A stretch of 64,000 bases of DNA from an uncultured Erysipelotrichaceae bacterium (lineage in GTDB: Bacteria; Bacillota_I; Bacilli_A; RFN20; CAG-826). The notes under the pieces were generated by a model. It worked only from the letters and a program-made list of their open reading frames with translations. It was not told where the DNA came from and did no database searches. Positions 24,954-34,215 of this stretch are shown here, piece after piece. The stretch spans positions 2,338 to 66,337 of the forward strand of contig CADAXQ010000007.1 of assembly GCA_902791935.1 (NCBI GenBank), in the 5' to 3' direction. The translations under genes and the position numbers were made by a program. How positions within the stretch are numbered: the stretch's first letter is position 1; each line of letters opens with the position of its first letter.

Positions 24954-25649
24954 ATGGACACAAAAAAGAAGAAAAAAGAGAAGGGAAAACTTTGGAAAGA
25001 ATTCAAAGCTTTCATTAGCAAAGGTGACGCCTTCATGCTCGCCGTCGGTGTGGTCATCGGGGGCGCGTTCAATGCGATTGTCACTTCTCTCGTCAACATT
25101 TTACTTTCCGTTTGCACTTGGGCTGTCCCAGGCGGCTTAAAAGGCTTAGTCAGTGTTTTACCAGCTGTCAATGACGCGCAAAAAGGCATGGACCCCGCCG
25201 TTAATCTTGACCAAGAATTCTATGCTAGCGAATTGCAAGGTTTAGCAGAAGCGGAAGCAAAAGCGATCTATGGTGAGGCTACTGTGAACGGGACTCCGAC
25301 TTTGGTAGAAAACGTCAAGGCCACCATTCTTTCTAAATATACGCTTCACGGCACTAAATATACCTATAACATGTCCGCGGTGATTGACTGGGGTTCTTTC
25401 ATCAATGCTTGCATCTCTTTCTTGATCATCGCATTGGTGCTTTTCATCATTGTGAAAGCGATCAATGCTGCAGAGAAAAAGAACGCCGAATTCAAAGCGA
25501 AATTACAAGAAGAATATTATCAGAAACATCCAGAAGAACGTCCGGCACCGGTTGTCCCTGGCGCACCCGCTCCGACCGAAGCTGAATTGTTGACACAGAT
25601 TTTAGCCGAACTCAAAAAGCAAAATACTGTTGGCAAAACAAACGCATAA
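24954..25649 (+). CDS. mscL: Large-conductance mechanosensitive channel MscL, long-loop variant
   Basis: FKAFISKGDAFMLAVGVVIGGAFNAIVTSLV N-terminal signature. It is 231 aa, against about 130-150 aa for typical MscL. Confidence 0.85.
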   Translation: MDTKKKKKEKGKLWKEFKAFISKGDAFMLAVGVVIGGAFNAIVTSLVNILLSVCTWAVPGGLKGLVSVLPAVNDAQKGMDPAVNLDQEFYASELQGLAEAEAKAIYGEATVNGTPTLVENVKATILSKYTLHGTKYTYNMSAVIDWGSFINACISFLIIALVLFIIVKAINAAEKKNAEFKAKLQEEYYQKHPEERPAPVVPGAPAPTEAELLTQILAELKKQNTVGKTNA

Positions 25650-25675
25650 AGAGATTTTCAATTAGGGCAACAAGA

Positions 25676-25708
25676 AAGACCATCCGCGAGGGTGGTCTTA
25701 TTCTTTTG
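25676..25708. terminator. Intrinsic terminator after mscL, overlapping the rimK-like stop codon
   Basis: Stem aagaccatcc / gggtggtctt (10 bp, one G-U pair) with loop gcga, followed by attcttttg. Confidence 0.6.
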
Positions 25709-26591
25709 CCCGCATTGTTTCATCGATATAGGCAGCGTAGCGCGCCGCTACATTGATTCCTGTTGTTTCTTCAATGCCAGTGATAAAAGCATTGGAATTC
25801 ACTTCGCAAAGAACGGGGTTGCCATTGGCGTCGTCCAAAAGATCAACCCCACCATAGTCTAATTTCAATAAAGTAGATACCTTTTCGGCCAAAGCGCGAT
25901 AAGAAAAAGGAATATCCACTTTCTCCCCCTGTCCTCCTTGCGCTAAGTTGCTACGAAAATCGCCATGAAGATTGACACGTTTCATTCCCGCCACATAATG
26001 ACCGCCAATCACGATGATACGATGGTCAAATCCAAACGAAGAACGGATAAATTCTTGATAGAGATGGGGGACGTTCCAATGGGATTTTTCAAATGCAACC
26101 AAATCGTCGTGATTGGAAAGCAAGAACACCCCTTTTCCTAACGAACCATAATTCTCTTTGGCCACCATAGGATAAGGCAGCAAAGCCTCGACTTCAGACA
26201 AAAAAGAATTAGAAGACTCGTAACCGCTGTAATTTAACGGCGCATTGATGGTTTTAGGCATTGAGATGTTTTCTTTTGCCAAAGCAATATGGGTCAGCAT
26301 CTTATCGTCACAAAGACGAATGCTTTCAGCACGATTAAAAAGACGCATGCCTTCTTTTTCTAACATTGCCGCGACATATTCATCTTTATCTAAATAAAGG
26401 CAAAATGCATAAGGGGAAAGATCGATGCCGGCAATATCTCCTTTTTTGTCGATATAGTTAAGTATTTCACGATTCGTTTTGGCTTCTAAAAGATAACCAT
26501 AAGGAAGCAATTCTTCCTTCATTCGTTCATAAAAACGCTGAGGCCCGCTTTGGCGACTATAGGCATTAAAAATAAACAAAGCTCGTTTCAT
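25698..26591 (-). CDS. ATP-grasp ligase, RimK family
   Basis: ATP-grasp features (YPMVAKENYGSLGKGVFL, DYGGVDLL...LCEVNSN); 297 aa. Confidence 0.65.
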   Translation of the reverse strand: MKRALFIFNAYSRQSGPQRFYERMKEELLPYGYLLEAKTNREILNYIDKKGDIAGIDLSPYAFCLYLDKDEYVAAMLEKEGMRLFNRAESIRLCDDKMLTHIALAKENISMPKTINAPLNYSGYESSNSFLSEVEALLPYPMVAKENYGSLGKGVFLLSNHDDLVAFEKSHWNVPHLYQEFIRSSFGFDHRIIVIGGHYVAGMKRVNLHGDFRSNLAQGGQGEKVDIPFSYRALAEKVSTLLKLDYGGVDLLDDANGNPVLCEVNSNAFITGIEETTGINVAARYAAYIDETMRAKE

Positions 26592-26652
26592 CTTGATAAG
26601 TCTAGAGCTTTTCTTAAAGACATCAAAGACATAAAAATGGTATTATTTTGAC

Positions 26653-28809
26653 ATGAACAAACGTATTCAACCGATTACCGCCTTACGGGACACCACCAAA
26701 TTAGAACGCGATTTGGCTGAGCAAGACGGCATTATTGAAATCACTAAAAATGGTTATTCTGACTTTGTGATTCTTTCTAGCGAACGATATGAGGCATGGA
26801 AAAACGAAACCACCAAGAAAGAGTGCCCTCGCATTGAACCTTCTCATCTTGTGACAGAAGAGCATCTTTCCGATCCTTTGGGGTTTGTCAAAGTTCGCTC
26901 CGCTTGTTTTGATTTAAATGTGGCCGGCGTTCGCCATAACCGCGATGCGATTGTTTCTGCGGTGAAAGTAGCAGAAAAGGATGGCATTTCTATCCTTTGT
27001 TTGCCGGAACTTTGCTTAACTGGTTATACGGCAAACGATCTTTTTGAGACGGATAGTTTGCTCTCTAAAAGTCAGGAAGCGATTCGTGCCATTCTTTCGG
27101 AAACAAAAGATATCCCTGTTCTTTTTGCCTTTGGCGCTCCCTTAAGAAGAAAAAATTCACTCTATAATTGCGCCTTTATTTGTTTTCAAGGAAAAATTCT
27201 TGGTATTGTTCCCAAAACATATTTGCCGAATTATTCCGAATTTTATGAAGCCCGTTGGTTTTCTCCCGCGCCCGAAAAGAACCTTATGGTTTCTTTCGAT
27301 GGAAAGGAAATTCCGTTTGGTAAGAATTTGATTTTTTATGACACCTATTATCCTGACTTAAAAATCGGTGTGGAACTTTGTGAAGACTTATGGGTTCCTA
27401 ATCCTCCTTCTACAAAGTTGGCGTTAAATGGCGCCACCGTGATCTTAAATTTATCTTGTTCCAACGAAATTGTCGGGAAAGCGGACTATCGTCGTGATTT
27501 GGTAAGAATGACTTCCGCTCGTCTTCGTTCCGCCTATGTTTATGCTGACGCTGGCGCAGGCGAATCCACGACAGACTTGGTTTTTTCTGGTCATCAACTG
27601 ATCGCGGAAGACGGCACCTTATTAGCCGAATCACCGCTTTTTTCGCGACAAGCAGCAGATGCCGAAATTGATATTGAAAAAATTATCTCTGTGCGACGCA
27701 AAATGACAACTTTCTCTTCTTTTGAAGACGAGGAGATGGCTTGGATCCCATTCTCATTGCCGTTAGTGACCCCTAGCGTGATTCACCGGCACTATGCCCG
27801 CAACCCCTTTATCCCGGAGCAAAAAGAAATCGACTTAGAAAGGGTTAAAACAATTTTGGCCATTCAAGCGATGGGTCTTGTCAAGCGCTTGCAAACCGTG
27901 CATCAACAAAAAGTCATTGTCGGGCTAAGTGGGGGATTAGATTCCACGCTTGCTTTACTCGTCGCGGTCGAGGCGTTCCGGCTTGCTGGTTATGATAAAA
28001 AAGGCATCACTGCCTTAACGCTTCCTTCGTTTGGCACTTCGGAACGGACACATCATAACGCGAAGCTTTTGGCAGAGGAATTAGGCGTCAGTTTTCGCGA
28101 AATCCCCTTGAAAGATACCCTGCTTTCTCATTTTAAGGATATCGGGCACGATCCCGAAAACCACAATATTACCTATGAAAATGCGCAAGCACGCGAACGG
28201 ACGCAAGTATTGATGGATATCGCCAACGAAGAAAATTCTTTGATGATTGGCACAGGCGATCTTTCGGAACTTTGCTTGGGTTGGTGCACCTATAATGGCG
28301 ATCATATGTCAATGTATGGGGTCAACGCCTCTATTCCTAAGACACTAGTTCGTTATCTATGCGAAGGTTATGCCTTGCTTTATCCCGAATCTGCTCCCGC
28401 TTTAACGGATATCATTGCCACCCCGATTAGCCCGGAACTCTTACCGACGGATGCCAAAGGGCAAATTGCCCAGAAAACCGAAGATAAAGTTGGTCCTTAT
28501 GAGTTAAATGACTTCTTTATCTATCATTTTTTGCGGTTTGGTTATCGTCCTAAAAAGTTATATTTCTTAGCCAAACAAGCCTATGCCGGCGTCTATGACG
28601 ATGCGTTCTTACTCCATTGGCTCCGCGCCTTCTTTGTGCGATTCTTCCACAATCAATTCAAACGTTCTTGCCTTCCTGACGGGGCAAAAGTTGGCAGTGT
28701 TGCTATCTCTCCGAGAGGTGATTGGCGCATGCCTTCCGATGCCGACGTGGATGATTATCTCAAAGAAATCGATACACTCGTCAGTGCAACCAATAACAAT
28801 TCAAGGTAG
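26653..28809 (+). CDS. nadE: Glutamine-dependent NAD+ synthetase with an N-terminal Phd/YefM-like extension
   Basis: CN-hydrolase domain (LPELCLTGY, VELCEDLW) plus an N-type ATP-pyrophosphatase domain (GLSGGLDSTLALLV). The first ~55 aa resemble a Phd/YefM antitoxin fold. Confidence 0.88.
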   Translation: MNKRIQPITALRDTTKLERDLAEQDGIIEITKNGYSDFVILSSERYEAWKNETTKKECPRIEPSHLVTEEHLSDPLGFVKVRSACFDLNVAGVRHNRDAIVSAVKVAEKDGISILCLPELCLTGYTANDLFETDSLLSKSQEAIRAILSETKDIPVLFAFGAPLRRKNSLYNCAFICFQGKILGIVPKTYLPNYSEFYEARWFSPAPEKNLMVSFDGKEIPFGKNLIFYDTYYPDLKIGVELCEDLWVPNPPSTKLALNGATVILNLSCSNEIVGKADYRRDLVRMTSARLRSAYVYADAGAGESTTDLVFSGHQLIAEDGTLLAESPLFSRQAADAEIDIEKIISVRRKMTTFSSFEDEEMAWIPFSLPLVTPSVIHRHYARNPFIPEQKEIDLERVKTILAIQAMGLVKRLQTVHQQKVIVGLSGGLDSTLALLVAVEAFRLAGYDKKGITALTLPSFGTSERTHHNAKLLAEELGVSFREIPLKDTLLSHFKDIGHDPENHNITYENAQARERTQVLMDIANEENSLMIGTGDLSELCLGWCTYNGDHMSMYGVNASIPKTLVRYLCEGYALLYPESAPALTDIIATPISPELLPTDAKGQIAQKTEDKVGPYELNDFFIYHFLRFGYRPKKLYFLAKQAYAGVYDDAFLLHWLRAFFVRFFHNQFKRSCLPDGAKVGSVAISPRGDWRMPSDADVDDYLKEIDTLVSATNNNSR

Positions 28810-28818
28810 AATGAAACC

Positions 28819-29718
28819 ATGAACGATAAAAATATAGCCCCTACGGCACCTGAAAGTGCCTCTACCAATGTGGTGGATCCCAAAAAGGAAAAACACAAGA
28901 AATCACGTTTCTTAGAAATTATTCGCTTCGTCATTGTCGGCGTTCTTTGCACACTGATTGATGCGGTTATCTTCTATTTATTAATGCGCTTTGCCTTCCC
29001 GAAACTCGCGGAACAAGGCGGAAACGATGGCTGGGGCGGATATGTCGCCTGGGCTTTGGCAACCACGATTTCCTTTTTCCTCTCTTGTATTGTCAATTAC
29101 TTGTTTTCTCGCGTTTGGGTCTATCAAAACGTGGACCGCAAGATTAATACCAAGACACCGAAAGCATTCTGGACTTATGTTGGCTTAGCAGCCATTGGCT
29201 GGTTACTTGGGGTTGCCATTCAAGAACTTGGTGTTTGGATTTGCAATAGCGCATGGCCCGATATGCAGTTATCCACGAACTTCGTCAAAGTCTCTTGGAC
29301 GGATCTATGGAATGGACAAGGCACATCTTTCTGGGCGTTCGTCATCATCTTTGTGATCAAAACCATCTGCACGATGATTTATAACTACACCACGCGGAAG
29401 AAAATCATTTTTAAGGCGCCGAAAAAAGAAGACGCTTCTTATAAGATTCCAAACGGTGAGATGGTCGTGACGATTGACGCTGGCAATAAAGACAAGGCCA
29501 AGGCAGGTCAAAACGCACCCGCTCCCGAGAAAAACGAAAATCACATTACGACGGCCGAATCATTCCAAGCCATCTGGAAAGAAGAACTTCATAAGCAACT
29601 TCCAGAATCGAAGAAAGCAGTAGACGTGATTGACGCCCGCCAAATCGTTCGTGAAGAGTTAAACCAATACGAAGCCGAACATGGCCGTTCGCTAAAAGCC
29701 GATTCCAAATCGAAATAA
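28819..29718 (+). CDS. GtrA-family membrane protein with a long hydrophilic C-terminal tail
   Basis: IRFVIVGVLCTLIDAVIFYLL and a four-TM GtrA-like core, followed by about 100 Lys/Glu-rich C-terminal residues. Confidence 0.6.
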   Translation: MNDKNIAPTAPESASTNVVDPKKEKHKKSRFLEIIRFVIVGVLCTLIDAVIFYLLMRFAFPKLAEQGGNDGWGGYVAWALATTISFFLSCIVNYLFSRVWVYQNVDRKINTKTPKAFWTYVGLAAIGWLLGVAIQELGVWICNSAWPDMQLSTNFVKVSWTDLWNGQGTSFWAFVIIFVIKTICTMIYNYTTRKKIIFKAPKKEDASYKIPNGEMVVTIDAGNKDKAKAGQNAPAPEKNENHITTAESFQAIWKEELHKQLPESKKAVDVIDARQIVREELNQYEAEHGRSLKADSKSK

Positions 29719-29731
29719 TCTGGCCCCTCTC

Positions 29732-29775
29732 AAATGCCACCCAAACGTCTCCTGTGGGTGGCATTTTCTTTTTGT
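29732..29775 (+). terminator. Intrinsic terminator
   Basis: A 12-bp stem aaatgccaccca (29732-29743) / tgggtggcattt (29755-29766), followed by tctttttg. Confidence 0.85.
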
Positions 29776-29927
29776 TAAAAAATGCATTTTGGAAATCAAA
29801 CTTGTTTCAATTCCGAAATTTGCAAAGAAAAACATTCGATAAAATCTAATTTTAAATAAATTTACAGAAATGAATGTTGATTGTTTTCCAAAAAAGACCA
29901 TAATTTTTGACGAAAGAAGGGCGCATT

Positions 29928-31271
29928 ATGCCAAAATATACGAAAAAGGACATCCTTCAATTCGCAAAAGAAGAAAATGTTCAATATGTTCGTCTCCAAT
30001 TCACCGACATCTTTGGAACGATTAAAGCCGTGGAAATCGCGGTGACATCCCTAGAAGATGCCTTAGATAACAAAATCATGTTCGATGGTTCTTCCATTGA
30101 AGGTTTTGTTCGGATCAAGGAGGCGGACATGTTCCTTCGCCCCGACCCATCGACTTGGATGATTTTGGGATTCGAAGATTCGTTACACGGCAAAGTCGCC
30201 CGCATGATTTGTGATGTTTATACATCCTATGGCAAACCGTTCGTTGGGGATCCGCGTTATATCTTGAAACAAGCCGTCGCCAAAATGAATGCGATGGGTT
30301 TTGCTTCGTTAAATGTCGGTTTTGAACCAGAATTCTTCTTGTTCAAACTCGATTCCGATGGAAAACCAGTCGTGAAACCGATTGATAACGCCTCATACTT
30401 CGACCTTTCTCCAATTGACGGCGGCGAATATGTTCGTCGTGATATCGCGATGCAGCTCGAAAGCATGGGCTTTGTCATTCAAACTGCTCACCACGAAGTT
30501 GCTCCTGGCCAAGAAGAAATCAACTTCCGTTTCTCGAACGTTGTTGAAGCTTGTGACAACGTCCAGATGTTTAAACAAGTCGTTAAGTTTGTTGCCCGTA
30601 AGAATGGATATCTTGCCACATTCATGCCAAAACCTATCAAAGGCATCAATGGCAGTGGGATGCATGTGAACGCTTCGTTGGCTGATCCTAGCGGTAACGA
30701 TGTCTTCTATGACCCAGATGCTCCGATGAAGCTTTCTCTCGTTTGCCGGAAATGGATTACGGGGATTTTACGTCATGCTCGTGGCTTAGCCTTATTAACG
30801 AACCCTGCTGTGAACTCGTATAAACGATTGATTCCTGGCTATGAAGCTCCTTGCTACATTTGCTGGGGCGATACGAACCGTTCCTCGTTAATTCGTATCC
30901 CGGCTTCTCGTGGCAATGGCACCCGTACCGAAATGCGTAATGTCGATGGCACGGCTAACCCCTATTTGGCCATGGCTGGTATCTTAAGCGCAGGTCTCGA
31001 AGGTATCGAAACGCTAAAAGAGGAAGACTTAATTGCCCCGGTATCCGATAACATCTTTGCCTTATCGCAACAACAACGCGATGCCCAAGGCATTCCTTCG
31101 ATGCCAGATAATTTGCATGAAGCCATCCGTGCCTTTAAAGAAGATCCGTTGCTCTTCTCCGTCTTAGGTGATCATGCCTATTCGAAGTATTTGGAAGCCA
31201 AAGAAATCGAATGGGACCAATATTCCTCCGAAATCAGCACCTGGGAGTTAGAGCATTACTTGGCGAAATAA
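29928..31271 (+). CDS. glnA: Glutamine synthetase, type I
   Basis: MPKYTKKDILQFAKEENVQYVRLQFTDIFG start and the GS signature regions (GSGMHVNASL, NPYLAMAG). ATG 29928 is preceded by gaaggg, and the TTG at 29907 in the ORF track was rejected. Confidence 0.93.
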   Translation: MPKYTKKDILQFAKEENVQYVRLQFTDIFGTIKAVEIAVTSLEDALDNKIMFDGSSIEGFVRIKEADMFLRPDPSTWMILGFEDSLHGKVARMICDVYTSYGKPFVGDPRYILKQAVAKMNAMGFASLNVGFEPEFFLFKLDSDGKPVVKPIDNASYFDLSPIDGGEYVRRDIAMQLESMGFVIQTAHHEVAPGQEEINFRFSNVVEACDNVQMFKQVVKFVARKNGYLATFMPKPIKGINGSGMHVNASLADPSGNDVFYDPDAPMKLSLVCRKWITGILRHARGLALLTNPAVNSYKRLIPGYEAPCYICWGDTNRSSLIRIPASRGNGTRTEMRNVDGTANPYLAMAGILSAGLEGIETLKEEDLIAPVSDNIFALSQQQRDAQGIPSMPDNLHEAIRAFKEDPLLFSVLGDHAYSKYLEAKEIEWDQYSSEISTWELEHYLAK

Positions 31272-31285
31272 GTTACAATGATGGC

Positions 31286-32476
31286 ATGAAAATTGCCATT
31301 CTAGGGGCCGGCGCCTCTGGCTTATATAGCGCCATCTTAATCAAACGTTCCCTTCCCAAAGCGGAAGTGACCGTCTACGAGAAAGAAAACAAACTCGGGA
31401 AAAAGCTTTATGCGACCGGGAATGGGCACTGCAACGTTTTAAATTCTTCTTTATCCGCGTCGGATTATAATGACCCCGCTTTTATGGCAAAGGCTATCCG
31501 CGCCTATCCCGCTTCTACTTTGATGGATACGCTTCGTTCCTGGGGCGTGGCTTTAAAGGAAGATGAGGAACTGGTCTATCCTTTATCTTATAGTGCCGAA
31601 AGCTACGTTCATTACCTCCTCACGTACGCCGAATCTTTGGGCGTACGTTTTGTTTCTCCCATCAAAATTACGGATTATCAGCACACCCAAGAAGGCTATT
31701 TCTTATGGGGAGAACAGGACAAAGTTGGACCATTTGACGTTTTCATTGTGGCGTGTGGTGGCAAAAGCGCACCCCGTCTCGGTTCCGACGGTTCATTTGT
31801 GCCTGCCTTAGAAAAACATGGTTATCACATCGTTTCATTTCAGCCAGGACTAACCCCATTAAAATTGAAAGAAGATGTGCATCTCCTTGTCGGCGCTAGA
31901 CATCACGCCTTAGTGAAGGCTTATCGAGAAAGCAAACTCATTCACCAAGAAGAAGGAGAAGTGCTCTATAAAAAAGACGGTATCTCAGGGATTGCCATCT
32001 TTAATATAGAATCGGCGTTATATAACGTCCCTCACGTGGTTTCGCCATATCTTGAGGTCGATTTGTTCCCTGAATACGCAGAAGAAATGCTAATCAAACA
32101 ACTAGAAGCCGCAAAGACAAAGAACCCATCTTGTTATTTATCTTCTTTGTTATCGGAACCCTTTGTTCATGTCTTAGAACGAAACATGCCGAAAGCGAAT
32201 TCTCAAGAGATTGCCCATCATTTGAAGCACCTGGTATACCACGTTACGGGCACTTATGGCTTTGAAGATTCCCAAGTTTCCTTAGGTGGCGTGGCCGTAG
32301 AAGTGGTAACAGATCATTTAGAGAGTCGTCATGAAAAAGGTCTTTATTTTACAGGCGAAATTCTCAATATAGCGGGGTTTTGCGGGGGATTTAACCTTTC
32401 TTGGGCGTTATTAAGTGCCTTGTTGGTGAACGAAAATCTCATGACAGATTTCGGAAGAAAGGCAAAGTTTATTTGA
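31286..32476 (+). CDS. HI0933-family FAD-dependent oxidoreductase (BaiN-like)
   Basis: MKIAILGAGASGLYSAI Rossmann start and TGNGHCN motif. The in-frame upstream extension overlaps glnA and was rejected. Confidence 0.7.
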   Translation: MKIAILGAGASGLYSAILIKRSLPKAEVTVYEKENKLGKKLYATGNGHCNVLNSSLSASDYNDPAFMAKAIRAYPASTLMDTLRSWGVALKEDEELVYPLSYSAESYVHYLLTYAESLGVRFVSPIKITDYQHTQEGYFLWGEQDKVGPFDVFIVACGGKSAPRLGSDGSFVPALEKHGYHIVSFQPGLTPLKLKEDVHLLVGARHHALVKAYRESKLIHQEEGEVLYKKDGISGIAIFNIESALYNVPHVVSPYLEVDLFPEYAEEMLIKQLEAAKTKNPSCYLSSLLSEPFVHVLERNMPKANSQEIAHHLKHLVYHVTGTYGFEDSQVSLGGVAVEVVTDHLESRHEKGLYFTGEILNIAGFCGGFNLSWALLSALLVNENLMTDFGRKAKFI

Positions 32477-32564
32477 CTATCTTAAAAAGATAGAATTTAA
32501 TTGTTATGTCGCGTTTGAGCATTCTTTCGTAAGCTCAAGCCATACTCGAGAGGTATAGGTAATT

Positions 32565-33560
32565 ATGAAGTATTCAATGACATCTCGTACACTATGTGTC
32601 GTTTTCCATGCCATTATCGTCGCCGCCATGGGCTTAATGGGGATTTGGTTCGGCATCTTTGTCGTTCCGGAATTCTTGGGTTCTAACCCTCAACAATTCT
32701 ATGGAAATTTCGGTTTTGACCGGAATGGCGCGTTCTTCCTTTGGTATGAACTTGCCGTTGTAGGTCTTTCCTTATTCGTCATTTCCTTGCTTGGTCTTAT
32801 CGATGGCATCAAATCCATCCTCGATTCTCGTAACGATGAACCTGTGGTCCGATCGTTCAACGCCTTCATCTGCGATGGCTGGGTTGCCGCTATCTTCTTC
32901 GCCCTTCAAGGCATGCTTTTGTGGGACTTAACTGCGAACGGCAGCAATGTTGCCTTTGTCATTGTGATGGCTTTATTAATCGCTATTGTTCTCTTAATCG
33001 CTACGAACATCCCGATGGTCCGTCTTTATGACCAACGCGATCAAATGCCGTTACTCGTTGATTTCATGGGCACCGGTGCCTTAGTCACTGGCATCATGGG
33101 TGCCGAAGCGTTAGCTGCTATGATAGGGGCCAGCACTTGGTCGCTTCAAAAAAAGGAAGTTATCTATTTGCTCTCTGTCATTGTTGTGGCTTCGTTTGTT
33201 GCTTTTGCTTTATTGCTCATGGCTTGGTTACTATCTCGGAATAGCAAGAAGAGCCACAAGAAAGCCGCCAACGGATTAACTTCCGGTGCGATGGGAGTGG
33301 TCGGTATCGGCCTTGCCGTCTATGGTATCTTAGATATCGTTTGGCAATATGCGCCAGGCTCTGGCAATAAAACAAGATGGCCTGTCCATCTTTACGCTAA
33401 GAATGTCGGTAATTCCACTATTGGCGCCAATCCGTTCGACTTAGGCTTCGGCATTATGGCGATTGTCCTTGGCGCCTTGTTGGTCGTCGGTGCCATGGTG
33501 GTCTTCATGATCATCAACCGCGAAAAAGAAGAAACCAAGCCAGCGCAACGCGATTATTAA
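32565..33560 (+). CDS. Polytopic membrane protein of unknown function
   Basis: About 8 predicted TM helices; 331 aa; no recognisable motif. Confidence 0.5.
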   Translation: MKYSMTSRTLCVVFHAIIVAAMGLMGIWFGIFVVPEFLGSNPQQFYGNFGFDRNGAFFLWYELAVVGLSLFVISLLGLIDGIKSILDSRNDEPVVRSFNAFICDGWVAAIFFALQGMLLWDLTANGSNVAFVIVMALLIAIVLLIATNIPMVRLYDQRDQMPLLVDFMGTGALVTGIMGAEALAAMIGASTWSLQKKEVIYLLSVIVVASFVAFALLLMAWLLSRNSKKSHKKAANGLTSGAMGVVGIGLAVYGILDIVWQYAPGSGNKTRWPVHLYAKNVGNSTIGANPFDLGFGIMAIVLGALLVVGAMVVFMIINREKEETKPAQRDY

Positions 33561-33577
33561 TCGAAAACAAAATCATT

Positions 33578-33606
33578 AAGCCGACTCAAACGGGTCGGCT
33601 TTTTGT
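33578..33606 (+). terminator. Intrinsic terminator
   Basis: Stem aagccgac / gtcggctt (8 bp) followed by tttgt. Confidence 0.75.
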
Positions 33607-33611
33607 ATGTC

Positions 33612-33644
33612 AAAGAAAAAGCCGAAGCGTTTTCGCCTCGGCTT
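33612..33644 (-). terminator. Intrinsic terminator for the minus-strand kinase gene
   Basis: Stem aagccgaagcg / cgcctcggctt (11 bp, 1 mismatch) with loop tttt. The minus strand reads hairpin plus a U-run. Confidence 0.7.
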
Positions 33645-33649
33645 CACTT

Positions 33650-34135
33650 TCACAAATCAAATGGTCCGTCAGGAGAGAAGTGGGTGATGACATGAATCTC
33701 AAACGCATGCTTCACCTCATCGTTTGGTTCTTCGTATTCCCCTCTCATACGGTCCATCGCATATTCAGGCACAATGCGGTTTGGTTCGCGTTGCTTGTTT
33801 TGCGCTTCATAGTCCTGAATTTTGAAAAGAACGAGAATGTGCCGATCAAAATCTTCGGTTAAATGGTAATAACGCATCCGTAATGCATTGGTTAAGGTCG
33901 TCGCATCCGCGATGGCCACGAAATTAGGGTTATTTTCGGAATCGGAGGTCAGACGTTCGCAGAATGTTTTCCAAACCCGATCTTCATCCTCGAAGCAGTT
34001 GGGAATCCCGAAGAATTCTTTCCGGATTTCATCACTGGCCACCCAACGAGTCGATGGGTGCTCTTTGAGATAACCTTTTGCCCAGGTGGATTTTCCGCTT
34101 CCTGGCATGCCGGAAAGAACAATCAACGTACGCAT
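33650..34135 (-). CDS. P-loop kinase (AAA_33 / polynucleotide-kinase-like), paralog of 6596-7075
   Basis: Walker A GMPGSGKSTWAKGYL followed by VASDEIRKE; 161 aa. Its architecture matches the kinase at 6596-7075. Confidence 0.65.
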   Translation of the reverse strand: MRTLIVLSGMPGSGKSTWAKGYLKEHPSTRWVASDEIRKEFFGIPNCFEDEDRVWKTFCERLTSDSENNPNFVAIADATTLTNALRMRYYHLTEDFDRHILVLFKIQDYEAQNKQREPNRIVPEYAMDRMRGEYEEPNDEVKHAFEIHVITHFSPDGPFDL

Positions 34136-34215
34136 GATGTTAGTTTATCGGTTTCACGATAAAAAGTTAACCGAAATCGGCATTTTTGATGGAAAATTCG
34201 CTACAATGATGGAGC

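Noticed and set aside
29776-29927. A GlnR/TnrA box (TGTNA-N7-TNACA) or glutamine riboswitch upstream of glnA.
   Set aside because: Only imperfect inverted repeats are present (tgcattttggaaat ... aattccgaaatttgca; aca-N8-tgt), and none fits the consensus. There is a plain CATAAT -10 and a gaaggg SD.
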